56,016 bases of DNA, from IMG/VR virus record IMGVR_UViG_3300012925_000002. One strand, given 5' to 3'. The position numbers and the translations under genes were made by a program. This document shows, piece by piece, positions 42,084-50,255 of this stretch. Under the pieces are notes generated by a model that saw nothing but the letters and a program-made list of their open reading frames with translations, was not told where the DNA came from and did not search any database. Source of the stretch: a virus. Each line of letters opens with the position of its first letter. The first letter of the stretch is position 1.

Positions 42084-42292
42084 CTCAATCTACCCGCCAT
42101 CGCTGGGGCAAGCCGAACCGCCTAGCCCAAAAAACCGAGCGCGAATGCACGCGTAATTGCGGAACCATCAAGGTCACGATGCATCCGGACGGCCGTGAAG
42201 GACGGGAGCACTGGGTCGAATTCTGGAAGGACGGGGAGAAGATCGAGGGGAAGGGGACGCCGGTGTGTGAGCCGGTTGAGGTGGAAGCATGA
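42080..42292 (+). CDS. Hypothetical protein
   Basis: 70 aa, overlap-coupled. Confidence 0.5.
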   Translation: MTQSTRHRWGKPNRLAQKTERECTRNCGTIKVTMHPDGREGREHWVEFWKDGEKIEGKGTPVCEPVEVEA

Positions 42293-42507
42293 AGCTAGCC
42301 TCCGATCGCCACTTCATCATCGATGACCTCGCCAAGGTGCTGCGCAAGCCATCGGCTTCACCCACGGTAACGCCTTCAGAAGTGATTGCGATCGTGCTGA
42401 CGACAACACGGTGGAAGCCGAACCGGATTCTGGATCCAGATGATGCCGTGGTGCAGTCAATATTATCGAGTTTGACCGAGGCTGGATGGAAGATCGAGCC
42501 GTTGTGA
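42289..42507 (+). CDS. Hypothetical protein
   Basis: 72 aa. ATGA coupling. Confidence 0.5.
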   Translation: MKLASDRHFIIDDLAKVLRKPSASPTVTPSEVIAIVLTTTRWKPNRILDPDDAVVQSILSSLTEAGWKIEPL

Positions 42508-42797
42508 TGATGGAGGAAGAGAAGATGATTCAATCGGACAGGGAGCCAACTGTGGCTGGTTTGCGATCACCTGCGAGCGAGGCCGCTGCCGCGCACGATT
42601 ACGATATGTCGATCCATACTAACCCCGACGCGCGGGCGTGGGCTGCATTCTTTATGAAATGCAATCCGAATTCGAGCGTCCCGGAAGACATCATGGTCAC
42701 GTGGTTCGCCAACGCTATGATGGCGATGCATGATCATATGCGGCCCGATCTCGCGCCGGTTGTCCTGCCGGACGGATCGGCTTTTTGCCCCGCCTAG
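42507..42797 (+). CDS. Hypothetical protein lying between the split halves of junction repeat copy E
   Basis: TGATG coupling favours start 42507. Alternative start ATG 42606 (MSIHTNPD..) lies downstream of the repeat. Confidence 0.45.
   Translation: MMEEEKMIQSDREPTVAGLRSPASEAAAAHDYDMSIHTNPDARAWAAFFMKCNPNSSVPEDIMVTWFANAMMAMHDHMRPDLAPVVLPDGSAFCPA
42519..42573 (+). repeat. Junction repeat, 5' half, copy E
   Basis: GAAGATGATTCAATCGGACAGGGAGCCAACTGTGGCTGGTTTGCGATCACCTG. Confidence 0.85.
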
Positions 42798-42807
42798 AAG
42801 CGGGTCG

Positions 42808-42890
42808 AGCTGCCGCCTGACTTCTCCGCGGCCGAAGCGCCGGCAGTGCCGCGCTGAATCAAATCTGGTTCCTGTTGCGTCCCGCGTCCC
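42808..42890 (+). repeat. Junction repeat, 3' half, copy E'
   Basis: GCTGCCGCCTGACTTCTCCGCGGCCGAAGCGCCGGCAGTGCCGCGCTGAATCAAATCTGGTTCC... Shares an extended tail with copy F'. Confidence 0.85.
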
Positions 42891-42919
42891 AAAAAATTGA
42901 AACCCGAAAGGAGACCGCG

Positions 42920-43195
42920 ATGCTTGCGCGCGCAGAACCTGCCGTCAAAGACGAACCCTCAACCCGCTTCGCCAAGGACCAGCTGAAATCGATCATCGAG
43001 CGCATCGAGCGGCTCGAAGAGGAAAAACAGCAAATCTCCGATGACATCCGCGAGGTTTACGCGGAGGCCAAGGGTAACGGCTACGACGTCAAGGCACTTC
43101 GCACCATCGTGAAGATGCGAAAGCAGGACCCGAACGAGCGGGCGGAATCCGAGACGATCCTGGAGACGTATATGCAGGCATTGGGGATGTTGTGA
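42920..43195 (+). CDS. gapR: GapR / DUF2312 (UPF0335) nucleoid-associated protein homologue
   Basis: ..[61 protein letters not shown]... Confidence 0.75.
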   Translation: MLARAEPAVKDEPSTRFAKDQLKSIIERIERLEEEKQQISDDIREVYAEAKGNGYDVKALRTIVKMRKQDPNERAESETILETYMQALGML

Positions 43196-43446
43196 TGGCG
43201 AGGCGCCAAGACATACCGGCCGCAATCGTCGATTTCGGTGGGTTGTCGAACAAGATTTCAATCTATGGAGACCATGAGACTTTCGGCTTTCCCACAGTCG
43301 AAATGCAGGGCGAGTTCTCGCTGATGAAATACATGCGTCCCGAGGATGCCGACCGTCTGGCCGAAGGTCTTACGCGGGCTGCTCGAATGGCGCGCGGGGA
43401 AGTGCCGCCGACCGTGCTGGATGCGTTTCTCGAAAAACGGAAGTGA
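43195..43446 (+). CDS. Hypothetical protein
   Basis: 83 aa. TGATG coupling. Confidence 0.5.
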   Translation: MARRQDIPAAIVDFGGLSNKISIYGDHETFGFPTVEMQGEFSLMKYMRPEDADRLAEGLTRAARMARGEVPPTVLDAFLEKRK

Positions 43447-43458
43447 TGGGGGAGAACG

Positions 43459-44175
43459 ATGACAAATCTATCGCGACGTGAAGTCCTGATCGGTGCGGCA
43501 GCGGCTGCCGCAGTCGCTTGCATGCCTTCCGCAGCAGTTGCTGCCCCTGAGGCAACCATGGCACCACCGCTTCCGGTTGAGCCCACCAAGGGATGGTGGG
43601 GCTATAGCATCCAAGACGGGGAATACTGGAACGGTCCTTTCGATACGCGCGAGGATGCTCTCGCAGAAGCGCAGCGCGACTATCCGGATGAAGCCTGTTC
43701 GACCGGCTTCTGCATTCCCCACGAACTGGACGTGCCGGACCTGCGCGAAATGTTTGTGCTTTGGCTACACGATGGTTGTACTAAAGGCGACATCTATGCC
43801 GACATCGTTTGGCACTTCGAAGGGGCGAACGAAGATCATAATTACGAAGGCGAGGTAGGTGATGAATTCGCGGCTGCGAATTGGGGTCCGCTACTCGCGG
43901 ACCTCAAAGACATCTTCGCCGCAGCGCTATTTCGGCATGGCCGCCCCGATCTGATTCCGCCAATTATTGAGGGGGCGCGCCGCAAAGAGCCGCTGGTAGC
44001 GGACGATCTTGATCCGCTGTTGGTCGCGTTGGAAAATGATGCACCTTTCGAAGCTGAACTCACGGCCGCCGCCGAAGCGTGGTTAGTCGCCCAAAACCTT
44101 AAGGATGCGTCGCGCTGCCTCTACCTCTCTGACACTCATCACCACGCGGCAGCGTTAGAGCCGGAGGCATCATGA
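43459..44175 (+). CDS. Hypothetical protein with a Tat-type signal peptide
   Basis: MTNLSRREVLIGAAAAAAVACMPSAAVA|AP (twin-arginine SRRxVL). Confidence 0.55.
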   Translation: MTNLSRREVLIGAAAAAAVACMPSAAVAAPEATMAPPLPVEPTKGWWGYSIQDGEYWNGPFDTREDALAEAQRDYPDEACSTGFCIPHELDVPDLREMFVLWLHDGCTKGDIYADIVWHFEGANEDHNYEGEVGDEFAAANWGPLLADLKDIFAAALFRHGRPDLIPPIIEGARRKEPLVADDLDPLLVALENDAPFEAELTAAAEAWLVAQNLKDASRCLYLSDTHHHAAALEPEAS

Positions 44176-44354
44176 TCGACCGGCAAAACGGCGGCATCCT
44201 CCATGTCGAATGCGACAGCTACGATGAGGTACTGGATACCGACACAAAAGACTTTTCCGAGTGCCGCACCATCATGCAGCGCGAGGGCTGGAAGGTCAGA
44301 AAATTCGGCGGCGAGTGGATTCACGGCTGCCCGGCTTGCGGGGTGCCGACGTGA
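44172..44354 (+). CDS. Hypothetical small protein
   Basis: 60 aa. ATGA coupling. C-terminal CPAC. Confidence 0.45.
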   Translation: MIDRQNGGILHVECDSYDEVLDTDTKDFSECRTIMQREGWKVRKFGGEWIHGCPACGVPT

Positions 44355-44848
44355 AAGAGCGCGCGCCGCAACAGCCCTGGACCGACGATGACAAAGCCAC
44401 GCTCGTGCGAATGCACGGTCAAGGCCTCGACATGGTCGATATCGCAGCCTTCCTCGGACGCTCCAAGGGGACCTGCCACACCATGCTATCCCGGATACGG
44501 CGAGGGCGGGTTGTCGGCAAAACCACTACCCGAACCCGCCGCGACTGGACTGACGCCGACATTGCGGAAATGAACCGGCTCCGCGAAGTCGAACACGCGA
44601 CCTGGTCGGAGATCGACACGCGGCTCGGCCGTCCCGCTGGCTCGTCCTGTGGCAGGTATCACGGCGCGCGGCATAGCAATGTGCCGCCCGGCGGCATGGT
44701 GCTGCGCCCCGAGGTTATCGCGGCGTTGCTCGATCGCGACGCGCGCAAGAAATTGGAACATCCAACGCTGACCGCAGCGTTCTTCGGCGACCCGCTGCCG
44801 GGCCGCTCCGCGCTTGATGAGCGAAGGCTGAAAGAGGCGGGGCAATGA
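44351..44848 (+). CDS. GcrA-like / Myb-SANT-like HTH protein (two repeats)
   Basis: GTGA coupling. ..PWTDDDKATLVRMHGQGLDMVDIAAFLGRSKG.. and ..DWTDADIAEMNRLREVEHATWSEIDTRLGR... Confidence 0.5.
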   Translation: MKERAPQQPWTDDDKATLVRMHGQGLDMVDIAAFLGRSKGTCHTMLSRIRRGRVVGKTTTRTRRDWTDADIAEMNRLREVEHATWSEIDTRLGRPAGSSCGRYHGARHSNVPPGGMVLRPEVIAALLDRDARKKLEHPTLTAAFFGDPLPGRSALDERRLKEAGQ

Positions 44849-45057
44849 TCCTCAAATCCGAAACCGTCGGTTTCACGCGCGGCGGCATGCTCTTCCTGGA
44901 ACCGCCAACGCGCTGGCGTGTCTGGCAGCGCGACATCTGGACATGTTGCTCCCCCAGCCTCGCATCGTCTCATGCCGCAGTCCCTTCGTCGCCTCGCGAG
45001 GGCGAAAATCCTTCCGCTTGTCCCCGTTCTCCGACTTCTGCACAGGACCAAATTTGA
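44845..45057 (+). CDS. Hypothetical 70-aa protein
   Basis: ATGA overlap upstream and TTGA overlap downstream. GC3 is strong only in the first ~30 codons. Confidence 0.35.
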   Translation: MILKSETVGFTRGGMLFLEPPTRWRVWQRDIWTCCSPSLASSHAAVPSSPREGENPSACPRSPTSAQDQI

Positions 45058-46229
45058 GCCACCCCCGTTTTTCCATCATCCCAGCCGGCGCCGTCACCGA
45101 TCGTTCGCTGGAACCGCGCGACCTTCAGGTGCTCTGCCTGTTGGGCCGTCATACCGACAAGGCCGGATGGTGCACGCGCAGCCAAGTGAAGATGGCAAGC
45201 GAGATTTCGTGTTCCCGCGCCTCCTTACAAAATTCGCTGGAACGGCTCTATGAAGCAAAATGGGTCGAAAAAAAGCGGCGAGATATCGAGGTCGAGGAGG
45301 CCGGCGGCCGTCCGTCGCGCTCCTATGCATATCGCGTATTGCTCGATCGCGACGATTATGCCTTCGAAAGCATCACCCCGGACGCAGATGAAGAGACCGA
45401 GCCGAGCCATGCAGAAACCGTATCCGAAGAGGGGGGGTGCCAACCGGTTGGCACCCCCCAGAATTCAGAGGAGGGGGTGCCAACAGATCAGCACCCGGGT
45501 GCCAATGCATGGGATGGCACGGGTGCCAATCCATACGTTGGCACCAAGAACGTCCCCTTAGAACGTCCCCTCATTGAACGTGAGAGAGATGCGCGCGCGA
45601 AGGATCGAAAAGTAAAATTCCTGAATTCGTTCGAAGCGAGGTGGCCAACAGCGGCTGCGGATGATCGCCAGCGAACCGCCTATGCCGCCGAAGCGCTGAC
45701 GGAGCCCGAGGAGGTCGATGCGCTCGCCGGCATCATGCCGTTCCTCGAAAATCTCAAACGCCTCGGGCGGAAAAACGTTCCGGCAGGCTGGAACTACCTC
45801 GAGCAAAAACGCTGGACGCTGCTGGAGGCGCAGAAAGCGGCTGGCATCGCGCCGAACGCAGTGTTCGCCCGCGACAGCATCGAGGCCAAGGCGCTGATGG
45901 CGCTGCACGAGATCGCCGGCTGTGCCCAAGGGTTCCGCGCGATCTACGCCCGTTCCGATGGCGTATCGTACCGCAAACCGATGACGCCGCAACTGCTGGC
46001 GCTGGCGCAGATACCGCCCGCTTCGGAATGGGTGATCGCGACGCGCCAAGGCGCCGGTTCATGGGAAGCGCTGTTGCGCGAAACCGTGTCGATCGCGGTT
46101 CGCAAACACTTCAAGGAAGGCGATCGCGTGCCCTGGCCATGGGCACCGTCGGTCACGGGCAAAATCTACACAGCCGAGGCTAGCCCGGCGGGCGAAATGA
46201 ACGAGGCGGAACTGGCGGATTTCAAGTGA
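45054..46229 (+). CDS. Replication-initiator-like winged-HTH protein (TTG start; the longer ORF starts at 44943)
   Basis: ..PRFSIIPAGAVTDRSLEPRDLQVLCLLGRHTDKAGWCTRSQVKMASEISCSRASLQNSLERLYEAKWV... Confidence 0.6.
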   Translation: MSHPRFSIIPAGAVTDRSLEPRDLQVLCLLGRHTDKAGWCTRSQVKMASEISCSRASLQNSLERLYEAKWVEKKRRDIEVEEAGGRPSRSYAYRVLLDRDDYAFESITPDADEETEPSHAETVSEEGGCQPVGTPQNSEEGVPTDQHPGANAWDGTGANPYVGTKNVPLERPLIERERDARAKDRKVKFLNSFEARWPTAAADDRQRTAYAAEALTEPEEVDALAGIMPFLENLKRLGRKNVPAGWNYLEQKRWTLLEAQKAAGIAPNAVFARDSIEAKALMALHEIAGCAQGFRAIYARSDGVSYRKPMTPQLLALAQIPPASEWVIATRQGAGSWEALLRETVSIAVRKHFKEGDRVPWPWAPSVTGKIYTAEASPAGEMNEAELADFK

Positions 46230-46246
46230 AAACGGAGGGCAAAAGC

Positions 46247-46918
46247 ATGGCTACCAGCGCACCAACCCTGTACAAAATCGGCCAGTTCGTCGGCTACGTG
46301 CCGATCGAGGAAACGATCGATCTGACGCCAGCGCCAGATGCCACCTATTTCATCCTGCACACGGAGCCCGGCCGCGAGATGACGGCTCAAGCCAACCTGA
46401 TCCTTCGCAAGGTTCCGTTCTACCTGCCGACGATCCTTAGAGCAGCCCGCATTTCGGCGCGCCGGCATGCCGAAGGCGAGGATCATCCTGACGTTGCGAT
46501 GCCGCTGTTTCCCCGGATGATCCTGGTCAGCGAAAAGGTCGTCGAAGCAAAGCATGACTGCATCCGCTCCACCCCGGGCATGCTCTCCAACCCATTCATG
46601 AAGTTCGGTGAGGATTTTGCCATCGTGCGGCCGATCGCCATGCAGGTGATCCAGTACATCGAAGCCGGCGAGCGCGAGATGTATTATCGCAAAAAAGGCC
46701 GCAAAAACGCTCCGGTTTACATCCCGAAAGTGGGCGAAACCGTCAGGTTTTTGGTGGAAGAGGTGTTGGGTGGACGCCGCGGCGTCGTCGCCGACATAGA
46801 CGATGATGGACGAATCAGCCTACTGATGGAAATCATGAAGCGCACGGTTCGCGTCAAGACGACGGCGGACCGGATCGAGCCAGTTACAGCGGACCCTGCC
46901 GCTGGAATGGCGAGATAG
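46247..46918 (+). CDS. NusG/RfaH-like transcription antiterminator (NGN + KOW)
   Basis: RBS GGAGGG. ..YFILHTEPGREMTAQANL.. (NGN). ..VGETVRFLVEEVLGGRRGVVADIDDDGRISLLMEI.. (KOW). Confidence 0.7.
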   Translation: MATSAPTLYKIGQFVGYVPIEETIDLTPAPDATYFILHTEPGREMTAQANLILRKVPFYLPTILRAARISARRHAEGEDHPDVAMPLFPRMILVSEKVVEAKHDCIRSTPGMLSNPFMKFGEDFAIVRPIAMQVIQYIEAGEREMYYRKKGRKNAPVYIPKVGETVRFLVEEVLGGRRGVVADIDDDGRISLLMEIMKRTVRVKTTADRIEPVTADPAAGMAR

Positions 46919-46998
46919 CTGGAAGCTCTAGCTCGCGCAACTCGCTTATAGGCGAGTAGCGGAGCTTTCGGGGTCCGGTAGCGGTAGGGATCGCCAGT

Positions 46999-47040
46999 GG
47001 GGGAGAGCCGGATCAACTTTGCGGGAAGACCGGCTCCCCC
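46999..47040 (+). promoter_or_regulatory. Strong GC hairpin after the NusG-like gene
   Basis: GGGGGAGAGCCGG..CCGGCTCCCCC (11 bp plus a bulge). The T-run is displaced, so it is not a canonical terminator. Confidence 0.45.
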
Positions 47041-47063
47041 GCCAATAGATTTTGAGGAGCGTC

Positions 47064-47270
47064 ATGGCTGAAAAATCTCTTGTTGAGATATTCGCGCTAG
47101 CTGCGAGATCCCCGGTTCAGCTTGCTCTCGATACCGAGCCTGACCAAGCCAGTCGCGAAGCGCGCTGGAAAACAATGGGCGAAGCTTGGGATCGTATCGC
47201 TCAAGAGTTTGAGCGATGCAGGCACCAAGGCCTGCCGATGCCATCTTGGTCTCTTGGAGAGCCGCTTTAA
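47064..47270 (+). CDS. Hypothetical 68-aa protein
   Basis: GAGGAG lies 5 nt before the ATG. Confidence 0.45.
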   Translation: MAEKSLVEIFALAARSPVQLALDTEPDQASREARWKTMGEAWDRIAQEFERCRHQGLPMPSWSLGEPL

Positions 47271-47294
47271 GGCCGCGAATTTCCGCTTCGCATA

Positions 47295-47323
47295 AGCCCC
47301 GGCGGAAACGCGTGGGGCTTTTT
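47295..47323 (+). terminator. Intrinsic terminator T1
   Basis: AGCCCC-N13-GGGGCT followed by TTTTT. Confidence 0.7.
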
Positions 47324-47438
47324 GCATTTATAGACAGCCGTACTGAGCGGCCTCAGTCCCGGGAGATCGTCATGTAACAGCCCCTTCCTGATGTACTTTG
47401 GAGAGTATTAGCATTTTGGCCGCTTTCGAAAGCGGCAT

Positions 47439-47465
47439 AGCCCGGCCCTCAGTGCCGGGCTTTTT
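47439..47465 (+). terminator. Intrinsic terminator T2
   Basis: AGCCCGGC-cctcagt-GCCGGGCT followed by TTTTT. Preceded by the 18-nt perfect palindrome GCCGCTTTCGAAAGCGGC (47419-47436). Confidence 0.75.
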
Positions 47466-47534
47466 CATTTGCATAGGGTGTGCGGTAGCTACGGAGCCTC
47501 CGCTGCCCTCCTTGGGCGTTTCCTCCCTAGACTT

Positions 47535-47579
47535 GGGCCGCTTGTACGGAGCCCTCCAAAGCAAGCGGCCCGATTTTCT
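47535..47579 (+). terminator. Intrinsic terminator-like hairpin T3
   Basis: GGGCCGCTTG-N17-CAAGCGGCCC followed by GATTTTCT. Confidence 0.55.
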
Positions 47580-47630
47580 ATTGCGGCGAAACTGAGTCAG
47601 CCCGGAATGTTTTGGAATCCACTCACGCCC

Positions 47631-48263
47631 ATGTCCGACGTTGCGCATCCCACAATCCAGCCGCCGAAGAAAATCAGCGTGCAGAAGAAGGCCTACGCCT
47701 TCGAGCGCTCGCTCGGCATTCCGCCGGCGGAAGCCTGTCGACGCGCCGGCGGCAAGGTCGAGAACGGCCTGGCCACCAAGTGGGAGAACGATAATGCCGT
47801 GCTGGCGCAGATTGCCTATTACCGTTCGCTCGGTCAGGATGAGGCGATGATCGCGGCCAAGCGCGCCCGGCTGGAAGAGCGGCTGGAGCGCGCGGCTTAT
47901 GGGAACATCTTTGATTTTGCGACGATGGTCGACCGCGTCATCATCATTCAGAAGGGCGAGGATGATACCGAAGAAAAGGTCGTCAAGTCGCCGCTGATCG
48001 ACTGGGATAAGGTCGCGGCATCCGAGTACGGCGCGATCATTGCCGGCTTCAAGTTCGACAAGGATACCGGGGTTCTGGTTGACTTCGAGCGCGACAACGC
48101 GTTGCAGGCCATCGCGCAACTGCGCGACATGCACGGCTTCAAGTCGGTCACCAAGACCGCCCTGACCGATCCGAGCGGCAAGGGACCAGCTTCACTGTAT
48201 TTGATCTCGGAAAAGCCGATGTCGGAAGCGGATTGGGAAGCTCAGCGCGCCGCTCCTGGCTAG
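47631..48263 (+). CDS. terS: Terminase small subunit candidate
   Basis: 210 aa directly upstream of terL. ..RDNALQAIAQLRDMHGF.. resembles a small-terminase C-terminus. The longer ORF starts at 47469. Confidence 0.6.
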   Translation: MSDVAHPTIQPPKKISVQKKAYAFERSLGIPPAEACRRAGGKVENGLATKWENDNAVLAQIAYYRSLGQDEAMIAAKRARLEERLERAAYGNIFDFATMVDRVIIIQKGEDDTEEKVVKSPLIDWDKVAASEYGAIIAGFKFDKDTGVLVDFERDNALQAIAQLRDMHGFKSVTKTALTDPSGKGPASLYLISEKPMSEADWEAQRAAPG

Positions 48264-48266
48264 ACC

Positions 48267-49805
48267 ATGAACGTTCCTGCGCCGCTGGTCGATGCCCATG
48301 TGGCCCACGACCGCGACCGTTCCTGGTCGCCACAGGAAGGCCCGCAAGACGACCTGTGTTGTTGCCCGTTTGCAGAAGTCCTGTTCGGCGGTGCCCGAGG
48401 CGGCGGCAAGACCGATGGCGTTCTGGGCAAATGGGCGTTGAAAGAACGCCGCTACGGCGCACACTTCAACGCCATCATGTTTCGCCGAACGTCGGTCTCT
48501 GCCGAAGATGCAATCGACCGCTCCAAGGAAATCTACACCCCGCTGGGTGGCCGCTACATCGAAAATCGCGGATGGCTGATGCCAAACGGCGGCAAGGTCC
48601 GGTTCAAGTATCTCGAAAGCGTGCAGGATGCCGATGAATACCAGGGCCGCAACGTCACCGATGCGTGGGTTGAGGAAGCCGGCCAGTATCCTGCCCCGGC
48701 TCCGATCGAGCGGCTGTTCGGCGTCTTACGTTCCGCGCACAGTGTTCCCGTTCAACTGATCCTGACCGCCAACCCCGGCGGTGCCGGGCAGCACTGGATC
48801 CGGCAACGCTACCAACTGCATCCGTTTCCGCTGCATCCGAAGGTGTTGCGCCGCAAGCTGCCGAACGGCGATGAGCATCGGATTGCCGTGATCCCGTCGC
48901 GGATATCCAATAACCGCATCCTGCTCAATAGTGATCCCGGCTACATCTCGCGGCTTCATCTGGTTGGCTCTGCTCAGCTCGTCAAAGCCTGGCTGGAAGG
49001 CGACTGGACCGCCATCGAAGGCGCATTCTTTGCCGAATGGAGCAACGAACAGCACGTCGTCGCACCGTTCTTGATCCCGGGACATTGGTTGCGGTTTCGG
49101 TCCGGTGACTGGGGGTCGTACGCGCCTTTTTCTATCGGATGGTGGGCGGTCGCTGGCGAAGACTTTAGGTTACCGGACGGGCGCGTCATTCCGCGCGGGT
49201 CCCTCGTTCGGTACCGCGAGTGGTATGGCGCGGTTGGCGGCAAGCTAACTGCCGAACAGGTTGGTAGGGGTATTGTAAGCCGCGAACGCGACGACCGCAG
49301 TAAACTCAGCTACGGCGTGCTCGATCCGTCCGCATTCGCCGAAGACGGCGGCCCGTCGATAGCTGAGCGCATCAATGATGAGTTGCTCGCCGAAACCGCA
49401 AAGCTTGCGAGCTTTATACGAGCCGACAACGCGCGCGTTACCCGACAGACGGGAGATCGCGAAAAGGCCGGCGCGATGGGTGGTTGGGATCAGATGCGAT
49501 CGCGGTTGGTCGGAACGGCCAAGCGTCTCGAAGACGGTTCGATCAACTGGTCGACCGGGCGTCCGGCCTTATATGTGTTTTCAACGTGCAGTGACTTCAT
49601 CCGGACGGTTCCGGTCCTGCAGCACGACAAGAACCGCGCTGAAGATCTCGATACCGATGCCGAAGATCACGCCGCCGACGATGGCCGCTATGCGTGTCTA
49701 TCCCGCCCCTGGATCAAGTCGTTGCCGAAAGACGAGGGCCAGAAGCGCGACGCCTTCCGCGAAGCGCGCGATGAACGTTACGATGAATCAACCGCCACGA
49801 TTTGA
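48267..49805 (+). CDS. terL: Terminase large subunit
   Basis: Walker A ..FGGARGGGKTDG.., Walker B ..DAWVEEAG.., nuclease ..SGDWGS.. and ..EDHAADDGRY... Confidence 0.9.
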   Translation: MNVPAPLVDAHVAHDRDRSWSPQEGPQDDLCCCPFAEVLFGGARGGGKTDGVLGKWALKERRYGAHFNAIMFRRTSVSAEDAIDRSKEIYTPLGGRYIENRGWLMPNGGKVRFKYLESVQDADEYQGRNVTDAWVEEAGQYPAPAPIERLFGVLRSAHSVPVQLILTANPGGAGQHWIRQRYQLHPFPLHPKVLRRKLPNGDEHRIAVIPSRISNNRILLNSDPGYISRLHLVGSAQLVKAWLEGDWTAIEGAFFAEWSNEQHVVAPFLIPGHWLRFRSGDWGSYAPFSIGWWAVAGEDFRLPDGRVIPRGSLVRYREWYGAVGGKLTAEQVGRGIVSRERDDRSKLSYGVLDPSAFAEDGGPSIAERINDELLAETAKLASFIRADNARVTRQTGDREKAGAMGGWDQMRSRLVGTAKRLEDGSINWSTGRPALYVFSTCSDFIRTVPVLQHDKNRAEDLDTDAEDHAADDGRYACLSRPWIKSLPKDEGQKRDAFREARDERYDESTATI

Positions 49806-49815
49806 GGAGAGTGTG

Positions 49816-50133
49816 ATGACCGATGAAACCCAACCCGCCGCAACCGTATCTGCGGCTTCCGACATCGCCGCATCCGAGAAGGAACTGCACGGCAACATCG
49901 CCGATTTGCAAGCGCAGCTGGCCGCAGCAATCGACGCCAAGAGCGTGACCGAGAAGGCGCTGGCTTCCGCGAATGCCCAGATCGATCGCAACACCGAGGC
50001 GCTGAAGGCATCCAACGATGACCGGGCCGAGCGCAGCAAGGCGCTGCTGGCAAGCTTCGAACACGCGGTCAGCACCAACTCGCCGATGACGCTCGCGATG
50101 GTGTCCGAGCTGAAGGCGCTGCTCGCCAGTTGA
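49816..50133 (+). CDS. Hypothetical coiled-coil protein
   Basis: RBS GAGGAG. 105 aa. Confidence 0.5.
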   Translation: MTDETQPAATVSAASDIAASEKELHGNIADLQAQLAAAIDAKSVTEKALASANAQIDRNTEALKASNDDRAERSKALLASFEHAVSTNSPMTLAMVSELKALLAS

Positions 50134-50255
50134 TGCCGGAAGACGCGGGCGGCGCGCTTCCGGTTGACGATCTCGACGCCGACGATCCGGACGAATGGCG
50201 CGACATCTGCGACGACGAAAGCTTCGATCCGCATGGGGAAGATGACGATGGCTGA
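50133..50255 (+). CDS. Hypothetical highly acidic 40-aa protein
   Basis: TGATG coupling. MPEDAGGALPVDDLDADDPDEWRDICDDESFDPHGEDDDG. Good GC3. Confidence 0.35.
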   Translation: MPEDAGGALPVDDLDADDPDEWRDICDDESFDPHGEDDDG

